The notes under the pieces: model-generated
The model's database searches: none
Told to the model about the DNA's origin: nothing
The model's input: the letters and a program-made list of their open reading frames with translations, nothing else
Assembly (NCBI RefSeq): GCF_006345805.1
Contig: NC_043018.1
Span: forward strand, 8,742,001 to 8,806,000
Length of the DNA: 64,000 nucleotides
Origin: Octopus sinensis
Lineage: Eukaryota
Direction of reading: 5' to 3'
Position numbers and translations under genes: made by a program
Shown here: positions 50,420 through 62,902 of the stretch, in pieces
Numbering within the stretch: the stretch's first letter is position 1
How the letters are laid out: every line of letters starts with the position of its first letter

Positions 50420-50682
50420 ACAAGCATGTATATATACGTGTTTAATGAGTGTGTGTGTGTGTGTTTGAGTGTGTGCGTATACATGTGCAAATACAAATAG
50501 TAATGTGTGTCCTGTGCATGTTTGTGAGACTATATAAGTGTGATGTATGCACGTATGTATGTTTTGTGTATGTGTGTGTATATATATACACACACACATA
50601 TATTTAGGGTGAATTCACAAAAAAACAAAGTGGAGGTAAACAAACACACACACATACATATATATATACATAATTATACATC

Positions 50683-50720
<38 letters not shown>

Positions 50721-50757
50721 TGTGTGTGTATATATATATGTGTGTGTATATATATAT

Positions 50758-50812
<55 letters not shown>

Positions 50813-50901
50813 CATACATACATACATGCATAACATATATATAACCCTATGCGTATGCGGATGTGTATAAAAATGTGATTTGTTTGTTGTATGTATGTAT
50901 G

Positions 50902-50936
<35 letters not shown>

Positions 50937-51125
50937 GTATATATGTATATATGTAGGTTTATGTGTCTGTATGTACGTATGTGTGAGTTTCACATATATG
51001 TACGTGCATGCATGTGAGTGTGTATGTGCATGTGTGTTTGTATGTGTGATATATGGATATATGTGTGTGCTTGTTAAGCATGTGCGTATGTGCACATGTG
51101 TATGTGCGTGTGTGTGTGTATGTGC

Positions 51126-51168
<43 letters not shown>

Positions 51169-51339
51169 TGTCTGTCTGTGTGTGTGTTGGGGTGTTTGTC
51201 TCCCGAAACAGTGCCTCTGTTGTTAAACATCCTCAGTTTTGCTGGACAAAGGAAGTGGTGTGTTGTGCTGTTGGTTGTCTAATGGAGTACAGCTTTCTTC
51301 TTTTGGCTCAAATATCTGGCGAGGAGCATCCCTTGCCTA

Positions 51340-51374
<35 letters not shown>

Positions 51375-51900
51375 CACAAATGCTGCATATGTGTACACAA
51401 ATACATACTCACATACACATATGAACACATGTGCTCACACATAAGCACACACACATATACACTCAGACACAGATATGCAGATACACCTACACAGACACAT
51501 ACATACACATATGCAGACACACACATAAACACACACACACACACACAACACACACACTTACAAGCACACACAAACTTATACATGCACTCATACACACACA
51601 CACACACACACACAAACATCCATATGTACACACATATACACACACACAAAGACAAGCACACAAACATATACACACATATACACACACATATACACACACA
51701 GACATGCACACAAACATGCACACACACACAGACACACACGCATGCACATCCACTTTTGCAGACACATACATACACCAACACAAACACACGTACTTGCACA
51801 CATGTATACACGCACATCAACACACACACATGCACGCACATACACACAAACACATGCACACGCACACACATATACACACACGCATACACACACAAACATC
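50420..51900. repeat. Compound (TA)/(TG)/(AC) microsatellite field
   Basis: Visible. Confidence 0.9.
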
Positions 51901-52422
51901 CACATGGAAGCTATTAGACATCATCTCCTGATAATGTAATCAACTTCCCCCCCCCCCCGCCCCATCCCTCTTTCCTTAGTCTATGACTTAATCACTGCAA
52001 GAGGCAGCTTTGTGCGGTTACTCGACCAGCTAGAAATAGCAGTCAAGTTTCCCTCAACACACACCAATCATATTAATTTAAAAGAAAAAAAAGGGCACAT
52101 TGGGTTAATGTTGTCCAAGGTTCACTATTCCAGAAGAAAATATGGAAGGAACACGGTGTTGGCAACTAGAATAGTAATTGATTATAGAACCGTCTTTAGT
52201 TCTGTCAGAGATGAACTGGGGGTTCTATCTTTTACTTGGGGCCCCAGAATCTTAGGATTGTGGCCATGCTGGAGTACCACACCCTTAAGGAGTTTAGTCA
52301 AACAAATTGACACCAGTACTTATTTTTTAGCCTGGGACTAATTATATTGCTCTCTTTTTACTGAACTGCTAAGTTATAGGGAGGTAAACAAACCAACACT
52401 GGTTGTAGGGAACAAACATAGA

Positions 52423-52457
<35 letters not shown>

Positions 52458-52544
52458 GTATATATATAAATGTATATTTGAAGGGCAAAATGTTTATACA
52501 CATACATAAAAACACACAAACAAACAAACATATATATAGTTGCC

Positions 52545-52903
52545 GATGTGGCTGTGTGGTAAGAGGCTTGCTTCCCAACCACATGGTTCAAGGTTCAGTC
52601 CCACTGCATGGCACCTTGGACAAGTGTCTTCTACTATAGCCTTGGGCTGACAAAAGCCTTGTGAGTGGATTTGGTAGATGGAAACTGAAAGAAGCTTGTC
52701 GTATATATGTATATATGTGTCTGTGTGTGTATGTTTGTGTGTCTGTGTTTGTCCCTCCAGCATCGCTTGACAACTGATGCTGGTGTGTTTATGTCCTCGT
52801 CACTTAGCAAGGGAGACCAAAAATATAAGTACTGGGGTCGATTTGCTCGACTAAAGGCGGTGCTCCAGTATGGCCACAGTGAAATGACTGAAACCAGTAA
52901 AAG
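52545..52903 (+). mobile_element. SINE family A (internally deleted)
   Basis: Colinear with family A. Confidence 0.8.
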
Positions 52904-53243
52904 AATATATATATAGTAGAAGACACTTGCCCAAGGTGCCACGCAGTGGGACTGAACTCGGAACCATGTGGCTGGTAAGCAAGCTACTTACCACACGGCC
53001 GTGTCTCTTTGTTTACGTATTCTTTTATTCTTTTACTTGTTTCAGTCATGTGACTGCAGCCATGCTGGAGCACTGCCTTAAAGGGTTTTAGTTGAAGAAA
53101 TTGACCTCGGGCCTTATTCTTTGTAAGCCTAGTACCTATTCTATTGGTCTCTATTGCTGAACTGTTAAGTTACAGGGACATAAACACACCAGCATCGGTT
53201 GTCATGTAAATGTGGGGGGACAAACACAGGCACACACACATAA

Positions 53244-53309
<66 letters not shown>

Positions 53310-53604
53310 GTGTGTATGTTTCAAAAATCCCTTTATATTTTTATAACTACATTTTAATATGAATTGTATAAAAAAATTCGTTAAAATATTTCGTGTATTC
53401 TAGAAGTATAACTGATTTATTGGATATAAATTTTAACAGCAAAATCTTACCTCTTCCCCTCACCCAAGGGTCATATTGACCCAGGTAAGAACCACAGATT
53501 TAATCCATACAAGAATGGAAGATGGATAATGATGATGATGATATATAATGTATATGTGTATCTGTCTGTCTACCCTCATATCTTCTCTCTCTCTCCCTCT
53601 CTCC

Positions 53605-53634
<30 letters not shown>

Positions 53635-53635
<1 letters not shown>

Positions 53636-53946
53636 GAGGTGCAATGGCTCAGTGCTTAGGGCAGCGGACTCGCGGTTGTAGGATTGTGGTTTCGCTTCCC
53701 AGACTGGGCGCTGTGAGTGCTTATTGAGCGAAAACACCTAAAAGTTCCACGAGGCTCTGGCAGCGGGTGGTGGCGATCCCTGCTGTACTCTTTCGCCACA
53801 ACTTTCTCTCACTCTTTCTTCTGTTGGCCTGCTCACTTAGCCAGTGGGGTGACGTCATATGAAGGCTAAAACAATGCGAAGCGCATTGTGACCAGCGATG
53901 TGTAGCAACTTCTGATAGCCTGGTTGGTCACGGTAATCACTGTGAT
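53635..53946 (+). mobile_element. SINE family C (head H1, tail T2)
   Basis: Head matches 43519; tail matches 13.7 kb and 48.6 kb. Confidence 0.8.
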
Positions 53947-53956
53947 ATATATATAC

Positions 53957-54368
53957 TCTTTACTCTCTTTTACTTATTTCAGTCATTTGACTGCGGCCAT
54001 GCTGGAGCACCGCCTTTAATCAAGCAACTCGACCCCGGGACTTATTCTTTTGTAAGCCCAGTACTTATTCTATCGGTCTCTTTTGCCGAACCGCTAAGTA
54101 ACGGGGACATAAACACACCAGCATTGGTTGTCAAGCAATGTTAGGGGCACAAACACAGACACAAACACACACACGCATACATATATATACATATATACGA
54201 CAGGCTTCTTTCAGTTTCCGTCGTTTCAGTTTCAGTTTCCACTCACAAGGCTTTGGTCGGCCCAAGGCTATAGTAAGAAGACACTTGCCCAAGGTGCCAC
54301 ACAGTGGGACTGAACTCGGAACCATGTGGTTGGTAAACGAGCTACTTACCACACAGCCACTCCTGCGC
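53957..54368 (-). mobile_element. SINE family A (full length)
   Basis: Reverse complement of family A. Confidence 0.85.
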
Positions 54369-54396
54369 CTATATATATATCTTGCATTTTATATTT

Positions 54397-54826
54397 TACT
54401 TGTTTCAGTCACTAGACTGCGGCCATGCTGGGGCACAACCTTGAAGAATTTTAGTTAAGTGACTCTACCCCAGTACTTGTGTGTTTTTCCTAAAAACTGG
54501 TAGTTATTGTTTTGGTCACTTTTCCTGAACCATTATGTTGTGGGGGCATAAACACACCAATACCAGTTTTCGAGTGGTAGTGGAAGACAAACATAAACAA
54601 AAAAACCCTCTCACACACACATATATATACAATGGGCTTCTTTCAGTTTCTCTTTACTTGGGTTGACCAATGCCAGGTAAGGCAATTACACTAAATCCCC
54701 TCACCTGGCATTGGTCAATCCAAGGCTATAATAAAAGGCACTTTCCCAAGTTTCCACCCAGTGGGACTGAACCCAGAACCATGTAGTTGGAAAGCAAATT
54801 CTTATCACTCAGCCATACTTGAGCCT
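54397..54826 (-). mobile_element. SINE family A, diverged, with an internal inverted duplication
   Basis: Colinear with family A except at 54651-54700. Confidence 0.7.
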
Positions 54827-55009
54827 ATATCCATCTTCCTCTTTTTCCCTGTATCAGACGTGGCTATGTTGTAAGTAGCTTGCTTCTCAACTACATGGTC
54901 CTGGGTTCAGTTTCACTTCATGGCACCTTGGACAAGTGTCTTCTACTATGGCCTGAGGCCATAGTAGAAGACACTGAAAGAAGCCCGTTGTCTATATAAA
55001 TATTTATTA

Positions 55010-55371
55010 CTAGCACTATGACACAGCAACGCCAGGTCATAGTGCTAGTGCATGCATATACAGCTGCGTGTGTGCACACATACACGTGAGTACTGTCCAA
55101 ATCTCTGACCAATCACATACAGCTAGCTGGCATTCAATTGGCGTATCAAGTTTTGGGCATTTTGATTGGGTTTTGGATAGAAAATTCACAAAAAAGTTAC
55201 CTCTATTGATTTTTTAATGGCTTTGCAGGGTGACTGGGGAAATGTAAAGATGTGCACGACCACCCTTGGACGGTTTTAAATGACCATAGAAAGTGTGAGC
55301 CCTCTAACTGAAAAATTGTGGATTTGTATACAGGACACACACACAGACATTATGCCGTTTATATAGAGAGA
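55010..55371 (-). mobile_element. Non-autonomous Helitron, second copy
   Basis: Reverse complement of 21291-21654; A|TC and CTAG|T ends; perfect 14-bp terminal stem. Confidence 0.8.
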
Positions 55372-55936
55372 TTAAGACACAAAAGTAAGTTTGTTTAATT
55401 AGTCTTCATTAAGTTTTATAACGAGACATGGTAAATGTAGTTAATATTGAGTATTAATAGCCACTCATTTCCTCCACCAAGGTAATTTAAAGCTGATAAA
55501 TGTTCTCTGCTGTTCTGCTGGGGTGGCTATGGATGGGTTTTTTTTTTTTTTTTTTTTACAAGATGTTGTTACAGCAGTTACTATTTTTAGGACGAACCAC
55601 ACCCACACTTCCATCTACACAGCTTGCCACACCTTTCCTGCTCCCACCCCCCACCCTTACTGGATCCTGTGTGCAACAAACCCCAAGAAAAAATATCCTT
55701 AAAGGAGTAGTGGGTGGTGAAGGAGAAGCAGATGGTGATAGGTGGTGATAGTGGTGGTGGTGGTGGTGGTGGTGGTGGTGGTGAGGGATAAAGTTGCAGG
55801 CAGAGGGGTAATAGTGCTAGCTGGCATGGGATTTATCCCACCCTAGTTAAATCTCTCTCTCTCTCTCCCTCTCCTCTCTCTCTCTTTCCCTCTGTGTGTG
55901 TGTGTATATACATATAAATAAATGAATATATATATG

Positions 55937-56000
<64 letters not shown>

Positions 56001-56010
56001 ATATACATAC

Positions 56011-56060
<50 letters not shown>

Positions 56061-56281
56061 CTTTTATCTTTTACTTGTTTCAGTCATTTCTTTTTTTACT
56101 GTGGTCATGCTGGGGCACCACTTTGAAGGGTTTGGGCTTTAGTCAAACAAATCGTCTCCAAGACTTTCTTTTTTAAAGCTTAGTATTTATTCTATCAGTC
56201 TCTTCAGTTACAAGGACATAAACACACTAACACTGGTTGTCAAGCAGTGGTGGGAGACAAACACAAACACAAAGACACACT

Positions 56282-56325
<44 letters not shown>

Positions 56326-57195
56326 ATGGGCTCCTTTCAGTTTCTGTCTACCAAATCTACTCATAAGGCTTTGAAATTCCGGCAAGGTCAACTTTGCCTA
56401 TCATCCTTTCAGGGTCAATAAATTAAGTACCAGTGAAACACTGGGGTCAATATAATCAAGTAGTCCCCTCCCCCAAATTTCAGGCCTTGTGCCTTTAGTA
56501 GAAAGGATTATTAGCTTATAATAATTCTGTTTGTCATTACGTTACTTAGCCCGTCAGTAACGCCTTCACATGATCAGAGAAAAAGAGGGAGAAAGACAAG
56601 TGAGAGAGAGAGAGAGAGAGAAGAATCCATGATGTAAGGGAATGTAATTGTAATGCTTTGAAGTGATTAGGTGAAGGGAAAGAGAGAACGAGAGAAAGAA
56701 AGAGGAGAGAGAAGAAGAGGATATGTCAAAGAGTGAGAGGGAAAGAGGGAGAGAGAAAAGACAAAGAGAGAAAAAGAGAGTTCATGACTTGTGGGAGGGG
56801 GAATGTAATAGATTTATTATGTGGTGGAAAGAGTTAGTTGAAGGTAAGTGATATAGAGAGAGAGGATGGAAAGAGAGGGGAGGGAGAGAGAGGGGTAGAG
56901 GGAGATGGTGGTGGTGGTGGTGATGGTGAAGGATAGTGAAAAGTGTATGTTTTTAATTGAACTAAGTTTGTTTTTTTATATCACCTATCACTTAACACAT
57001 GTGCATAAGTGTAATTCCGTGAAATATTTACACTTATTTATGTGGTAGACATGTGCAATTTAACTAAAGAACTTTCCTTTTGTTTATAGGAAAAATAGAA
57101 AACTAAAAGCGAATATTTATTTTACGAATATTAAGCCTATAAAATTGTGCATAAAATATATAAAATGCATTAAGTAATCATCGTATTCTAATCTC

Positions 57196-57618
57196 GAATC
57201 TTTTGGTTTGAACAGCAGTTTTTTCTAGCGGTGTCATATGAAATTGTCACCCATAATTATGACCTTAGTATCAATCTATTGCATTTCAATCTGTTTTAGG
57301 GTTAGGATTAGAGTTAGGGATAGGGGTGGGGGGAAGGGTATCTTTTTTTTTTTTTTCAGAAATGTAAATAAACCCAATCTGTTTCTTAAATTCGTACGGC
57401 ACAGAATGTTTTCACCTCAATAGACATCATTGATTGGTTGAAATTGCAAAAATTGAAGAAAAAAAATCCAACAAATATCTTACAAACTATAGAATTTTCT
57501 CAATAAAGCCAAGAGAAAAAGATGTTTTATAAACACATTCTACCAGTATATGAAGTTTAAAAGTGTTTAGTTACGTGGAAATTATTTTTAAAAACTGCCG
57601 GTCAAACCAAAAAGATCC
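57196..57618. mobile_element. GGATC-ended MITE, longest copy in the window (423 bp)
   Basis: TIR GAATCTTTTGGTTTGAACAGCAGTTTTT / AAAAACTGCCGGTCAAACCAAAAAGATCC; perfect 8-bp TSD CTAATCTC; internal TTAGGG-like repeats at ~57296-57326. Confidence 0.85.
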
Positions 57619-57796
57619 CTAATCTCTTTCACTTTGCAATGAGTAACACATGAGTGACCCTCTTTCCATACAGACACAACACAAGCTATGCTTGCAGGTT
57701 TTTTGGATAAAGTCTTCAGAAATTTTTTGAGAAACAACCGATTAGGTTTACCATTAATTCCATGAAATATTCACGGGTCCTGCTAGTTTATCACTA

Positions 57797-58005
57797 AGGC
57801 AGCAAGCTGGCAGAATTGTTAGCATATTGGATGAAATGCTTAGTGGCATTTCACCCATCGCTATATTCTGAGTTCAACCAAGGTCAACTTCTCCTTTCAT
57901 CCTTTCAGGATTGATAAATTAAGTACCTGTTGCGTACTGGGGTCGATCTAATCAACTGGTCCCCTCCCACCAAATTTCAGGCCTTGTGCCTATAGTAGAA
58001 AGGAT
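57797..58005 (+). mobile_element. SINE family B
   Basis: Head and core match 22665-22880. Confidence 0.75.
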
Positions 58006-58006
58006 T

Positions 58007-58560
58007 ATTCTTCTTATTATTATTGAGTGAGAGAGCAGTGTATGCCATCAAAGTGATACTGGGGTAAAATATACGAAGCCCAGTATACCCACCATGACTA
58101 CCCATCTGATAAGGGTACACCAGCACATGCATCACAACCAAATGTGCGCGACATGGCGATCTCATATCAAGATAAACAGCACATGACCTTGCAGGTGGAG
58201 CTCAGTTAGAAATTTCTTCAGGTCGAGTAGCACATCCCACTCAAAAGGTCCCTGAATAAGGATTGTTTAAGGATGTTGAACGAACTACACATGTTTCCAA
58301 AGGTGAATTATCCAAACACACGGCTATGATGCTCCGCCACTTTTTCTGCTCATGATCAGAGATACACATATCGTCAGCCACAAAGGGACATGCTCAACTG
58401 ATTAAGGTCAAACAACTGACAAGCAAATCTGTGGTATTGAGCAGAGTATTTGCTGTAGCCCGTCTTTTATACAAAGGCAAAACAATGTACATGATAACAC
58501 TTCCAATCAGTTAAGATCAGAAGCCATGAGGGCCACTGCCTGGTACTGCGTCAGGGCAAT
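58007..58560 (-). mobile_element. Family E repeat, second copy
   Basis: Reverse complement of 4366-4945. Confidence 0.75.
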
Positions 58561-58889
58561 TTTCTTCTTCTTATTCTTCTTCTCATTATCCTTATGTAAT
58601 CGACTAGTCCCCTACCCCAAATTTCAGGCTTTGTGCCTTTTGTAGAAAGGACTACTACTACTACTACTACTGCCACCACCACCACAGTTGTCTCATTTTT
58701 AGTGCATGTTCCCCTCCCAACACTGCTGAGCATATCTCTATGTGCCTTGGGTACATGTGTTTTGTTTTGCTTCCATGTTTTTCTATAGTTTCAACAGTAC
58801 CCCACATAACACATACGTGTGTATGCATGTGTGTGTGTATGTATGTGTGTGCGTGTGTGTGTGTATGTGTGTGTGTGTCTTTGCATGCA

Positions 58890-59290
58890 GGGTTTAGTCA
58901 TGTTATTTTGTTGTGTATTATATATGTGTGTAACTCCCATATTTTGATTATGTATTTCACTGTATCTTTTTTTTTCCATAATTCCCAAGGCACCTATTAT
59001 TACAGAGATAATTTCCTGTTTTTCAATCCTTACATTCTTGTTATCTCTGTTTTCATATCTTTGAAAAGATTCTTCATCTAGTAGAAAGATTATAGCATTG
59101 TCTCTTGGAATTGGTACATCAATTAGAAGACATAGTTTTTCCTGGTGGTCTTTGACTATACTCGTACATGCAGTGGCAATCACCTGGGGTGTGTCAATCT
59201 GGCTCCAAGTTCAGAGTTTCAGTGGGAATACAAGTTCACATGGGGTCCCTGATCCCAGGCATACACACTTTTGGATAATGCAAAAATGTG
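58890..59290 (-). pseudogene. R4/Dong-like LINE restriction-like endonuclease remnant
   Basis: IVKDHQEKLCLLIDVPIPRDN...IISVIIGALG. Confidence 0.7.
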
Positions 59291-59924
59291 GTTCTTAACA
59301 GCTTGGCCTGCTGTCAATTGTCAACAGTTTCAGAGGATTTGTTCGGAATAGATGTAGCCTGGGTTTGAAGTGGGTTCTAGAGACATGCTTTAACAAAGGC
59401 TAAGGGGTACCTCACACTCAGTGGTCTTCCAGCATGCTGGACACCAACCCAGAATATCTGAGGGCTTGTGCTTTGACTATTATATCTGGATGCTTTGCCT
59501 TAATGTCCCTGTCTATATGAATTTCTTTTATCAGCAAAAAAAAGACTCAAGCACTGCACCCTGACACATCATATATCCACCTAAACATGAACCTCACTCA
59601 ACCAGATCCTTCAGTTGCTCTAAATGCTGGGTCTCACTATTGCTAAGGACAGGGCCGGATTAAGACCCATAGAGGCCTTAAGCACTTAAAAGGTTTTGGT
59701 GCCCTCTAGTATATGTAAATAGTTCAAAATGTAAACAATAATAAACCATAAAATAAATTTTTATTTTTCAAAATGAAACAAAACTAACAACAAATGGCGG
59801 TGCCCCAGCATGGCCACAGCTCATAAGCTGAAACTAGAATCAATCAATCAATCAAACAAGATGGAAAATAATGTTTATTTTTGTATATTTCCATTTTATT
59901 GATATTTGAAAAGTTTTCTCCTTT

Positions 59925-60367
59925 CACTCTTTCACTCTTTTACTTGTTTCAGTCATTTGACTGCGACCATGCTGGAGCACCGCCTTTTAGTCGAGCAAAT
60001 CGATCCCAGGACTTATTCTTTGTAAGCCCAGTACTTATTCTATCGGTCTCTTTTGCCCCGAACCGCTAAGTGACGGGGACGTAAACACACCAGCATCAGT
60101 TGTCAAGCAATGCTAGGGGAACAAACACAGACACACAAACACATACACACACACACACACACCACACACACACACACACACCACACACACACATATACAT
60201 ACACACATATATACGACAGGCTTCTTTCAGTTTCCGTCTACCAAATCCACTCACAAGGCATTGGTCGGCCCGGGGCTATAGCAGAAGACACTTGCCCAAG
60301 ATGCCACGCAGTGGGACTGAACCCGGAACCATGCGGTTGGTTAGTAAGCTACTTACCACACAGCCAC
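59925..60367 (-). mobile_element. SINE family A (full length)
   Basis: Reverse complement of family A. Confidence 0.85.
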
Positions 60368-60544
60368 TGTTTTTTATTTTTTTTAATTGCAAAGTCTTCA
60401 ATGACATCATTAAAATTAATTTTATGTAAAACTCCTGCTTCTATACTTGGTAGAGATAAGGCATCTCGAATATTATTTTAGCAAGTTTAAAGTGATTTCT
60501 TTTGTGCAGTAGACCATTTTCCTTTTTGTAGTGCACCCCATCCT

Positions 60545-60800
60545 TTGATGCCCTAAGCATGTGCTTATTTTGCTTAATGGTTAATCCAACGCTAGCTAAG
60601 GATCTTTCCTGGGAGCAAAAGTGCATCCTTAACATAGCTAGGGCCACATCACAAAGACTGGCCCTTCTCTTCTGGGCCAGAAAATATTTCAGTCTCCAAC
60701 AGCTACTGACTTTCTACAATGCTGAGGTGAGCCCTAGAACAGAGCACTGCTCCCACATCTGAGATGGGGCTGGTCAAGGCCATCTTAGTAGCATTGTAGG
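60545..60800 (+). pseudogene. CR1-group LINE RT C-terminal remnant
   Basis: DLSWEQKCILNIARATSQRLALLFWARKYFSLQQLLTFYNAEVSPRTEHCSHI* resembles L.W..HI..A...S..L..L.R...F....LY.A..RP.LEYCS..W. Confidence 0.7.
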
Positions 60801-61012
60801 GCTCCACAGGAAAATCAATGCAGTGGGCCCTATATTATTTGTTTACTGACAGCAAGCCACAGCACACCTAGGTCAGAATGCCTACACCTTAAGATGACAC
60901 TGGTGCCACTGGTATGCACAGAAACATTCTGGGCTACATCTAGAGAATACCCACTCAGCTAATTAGCATTTAGTCATTAATAAAAATTGTGTGTGTGTGT
61001 GTGTGTTGTCAT

Positions 61013-61335
61013 GAAGGTGTGTGGCCAAGTGGTTATGGCATTTGGCTTATGATTGTAAAATCATGAGTTCAATTTCTGGTGGTGCAATGTATCCTTGAAC
61101 AAGACACTTCACTTCACAATGCTCCAGTCTACTTAGCTGGCAAAAATGAGTTGTACCAGTAATTTAAAAGGGCCAGTCTTCTCACATCCTGCGTCATGTT
61201 GAAAATCCCTGAGAACTACATTAATGATATACATGTCTGTGGAGCACTCAGCCACTTGCACATTAATTTCACAATCAGGTTAGTCCATTGATCAGATCAA
61301 CTAGGACCCATTTTGTTATAACCGACAAAATGCTA
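61013..61335 (+). mobile_element. SINE family C (head H2, tail T1)
   Basis: Head like 15391; tail CCCTGAGAACTACATTAA...CTCAGCCACTTGCAC like 43.77 kb. Confidence 0.7.
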
Positions 61336-61882
61336 GTGTGTGTTGGATTTACATGTTGTCTGCTTAGGTTTACAAATATTTCCGAAGAGACATTCACTTT
61401 GCTTTATGACTAATATGGCTGTTGTAAAGGACTAATTAATATATCTTGGTGATCTTGATGTTTACATCTGTTTTCACTAAGTTTGTGAGAGCCAAGTCTG
61501 CAATTTTAGTGCCTCAAGGACTTTAACAAATTGCAAGGCATTCTATTTCTATATCTGATATATTTTTGATTTGAAGAATGTATCTTTTTGAATTAGATAA
61601 TTTGTTGGAATCCAAAATTATTTTAAAACCAGGATTATTTTCTCTTTAAATATGCATGCGTTCTGTTTATTGGGAGGGGTAGTGTACATTTATAAAATAT
61701 GCATGCTGTCATCATTATCATCATTGTTTTTATGTCTACTCCTCCATGTTTTCATGGAAAGTAGATATTAAGGAATTTGTTGAGGCAGATTTTTTACAGC
61801 CTCATACCCTTCCCATTGCTATCCATCATCTGTTTCCCAGCAAGGTAATATTTTCCAATATCTGGACATGTTTGCACTGAGC

Positions 61883-62745
61883 AAATGCAGAATGAATGGA
61901 AAAAGGATTGAAATATTAGCAAGTGCAGTAAGCTAGCATAAAAAGAGTATAAACACACTCATGACTGTGTTGGTAAAAGTGTCCATTGGAACATTACCCA
62001 AGTTTGTGGATTTGAAATGATGGTAAAGTGGTACAAATATGAGCCAGAGCTGCAATGGTGGAGGCATATGGCCTAGTGGTTAGAGAAGCGGACCCGCGGT
62101 CGAGGGATCGCGGGTTCGAATCTCAGACCGGGCGATGTGTGTGTTTATGAGTGAAAATACCTAAGCTCCACGCGGCTCTGGCAGAAAGTAATGGCAAACT
62201 TCTGCTGACTCTTTTGCCACAACTTTCTCTCACTCTTTCCTCCTGCATCTTGCAGCTCACCTGCGATGGACCGGCGTCCCATCCAGGTGGGGAACTTATA
62301 CACCAAGAGACTGGGAAACCAGCCCTTATGAGCCAGGCATGGCTCAATAAGGAACAAAAAAAAATAGCTGCAATGGTAAATAATTACAAGATTTTATGGG
62401 ATATCTCCATAGAGACTGATATTATTTAAGCAAGGAGACCAGAAGTGATTGTGGAGGAGAGAAAAACAAACAGTATGAGAGCATTGACTTTGTAGAACCA
62501 CATGATAATAGAGTGGATCCCAAAGAAGCTGAGAAAACTGAGAAATATCAGGAATTAATCAAAATGATGAAAAGATTGTGGAAGGCAATGGTGAACTTTG
62601 TTCCTGTGGAAATTGGTGCACTTGACACGACAACCAAAATGCTACCTGAGAGGCTGGAGGCTGTTGGAACTGAGACGTACAGTGCTGACCTACAGAAAAG
62701 TGCAATCTTGAATTCTATAAGAATCTTTAAAAAATATTCTTGAGA
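61883..62745 (+). pseudogene. R4/Dong-like LINE C-terminus (CCHC knuckle and RLE), split by a SINE
   Basis: KCR...SKCSKLA.KEYKH.HD.VGKSVHW...WY.YEPE | KILWDISIETD..ARRPE...ID...PHD..V..KE.EK.EKYQEL...RLW...VPVEIGAL. Confidence 0.8.
62060..62365 (+). mobile_element. SINE family C (head H1, tail T3, A-rich end)
   Basis: 12-bp TSD AGCTGCAATGGT (62048-62059, 62366-62377). Confidence 0.9.
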
Positions 62746-62902
62746 TCTGAGGAGACATGTTATCATCAAACATCACAACAACATTCCTGCAAACTTGATA
62801 TAGCATGTAATAGCTTCTGTATAAAATAATGATTAGAGTGTTTTCTTTTTTACAGCTGGTTTGGTCAGATGTGCTAGATTTTGGTAAATTATAATTCCTG
62901 GG

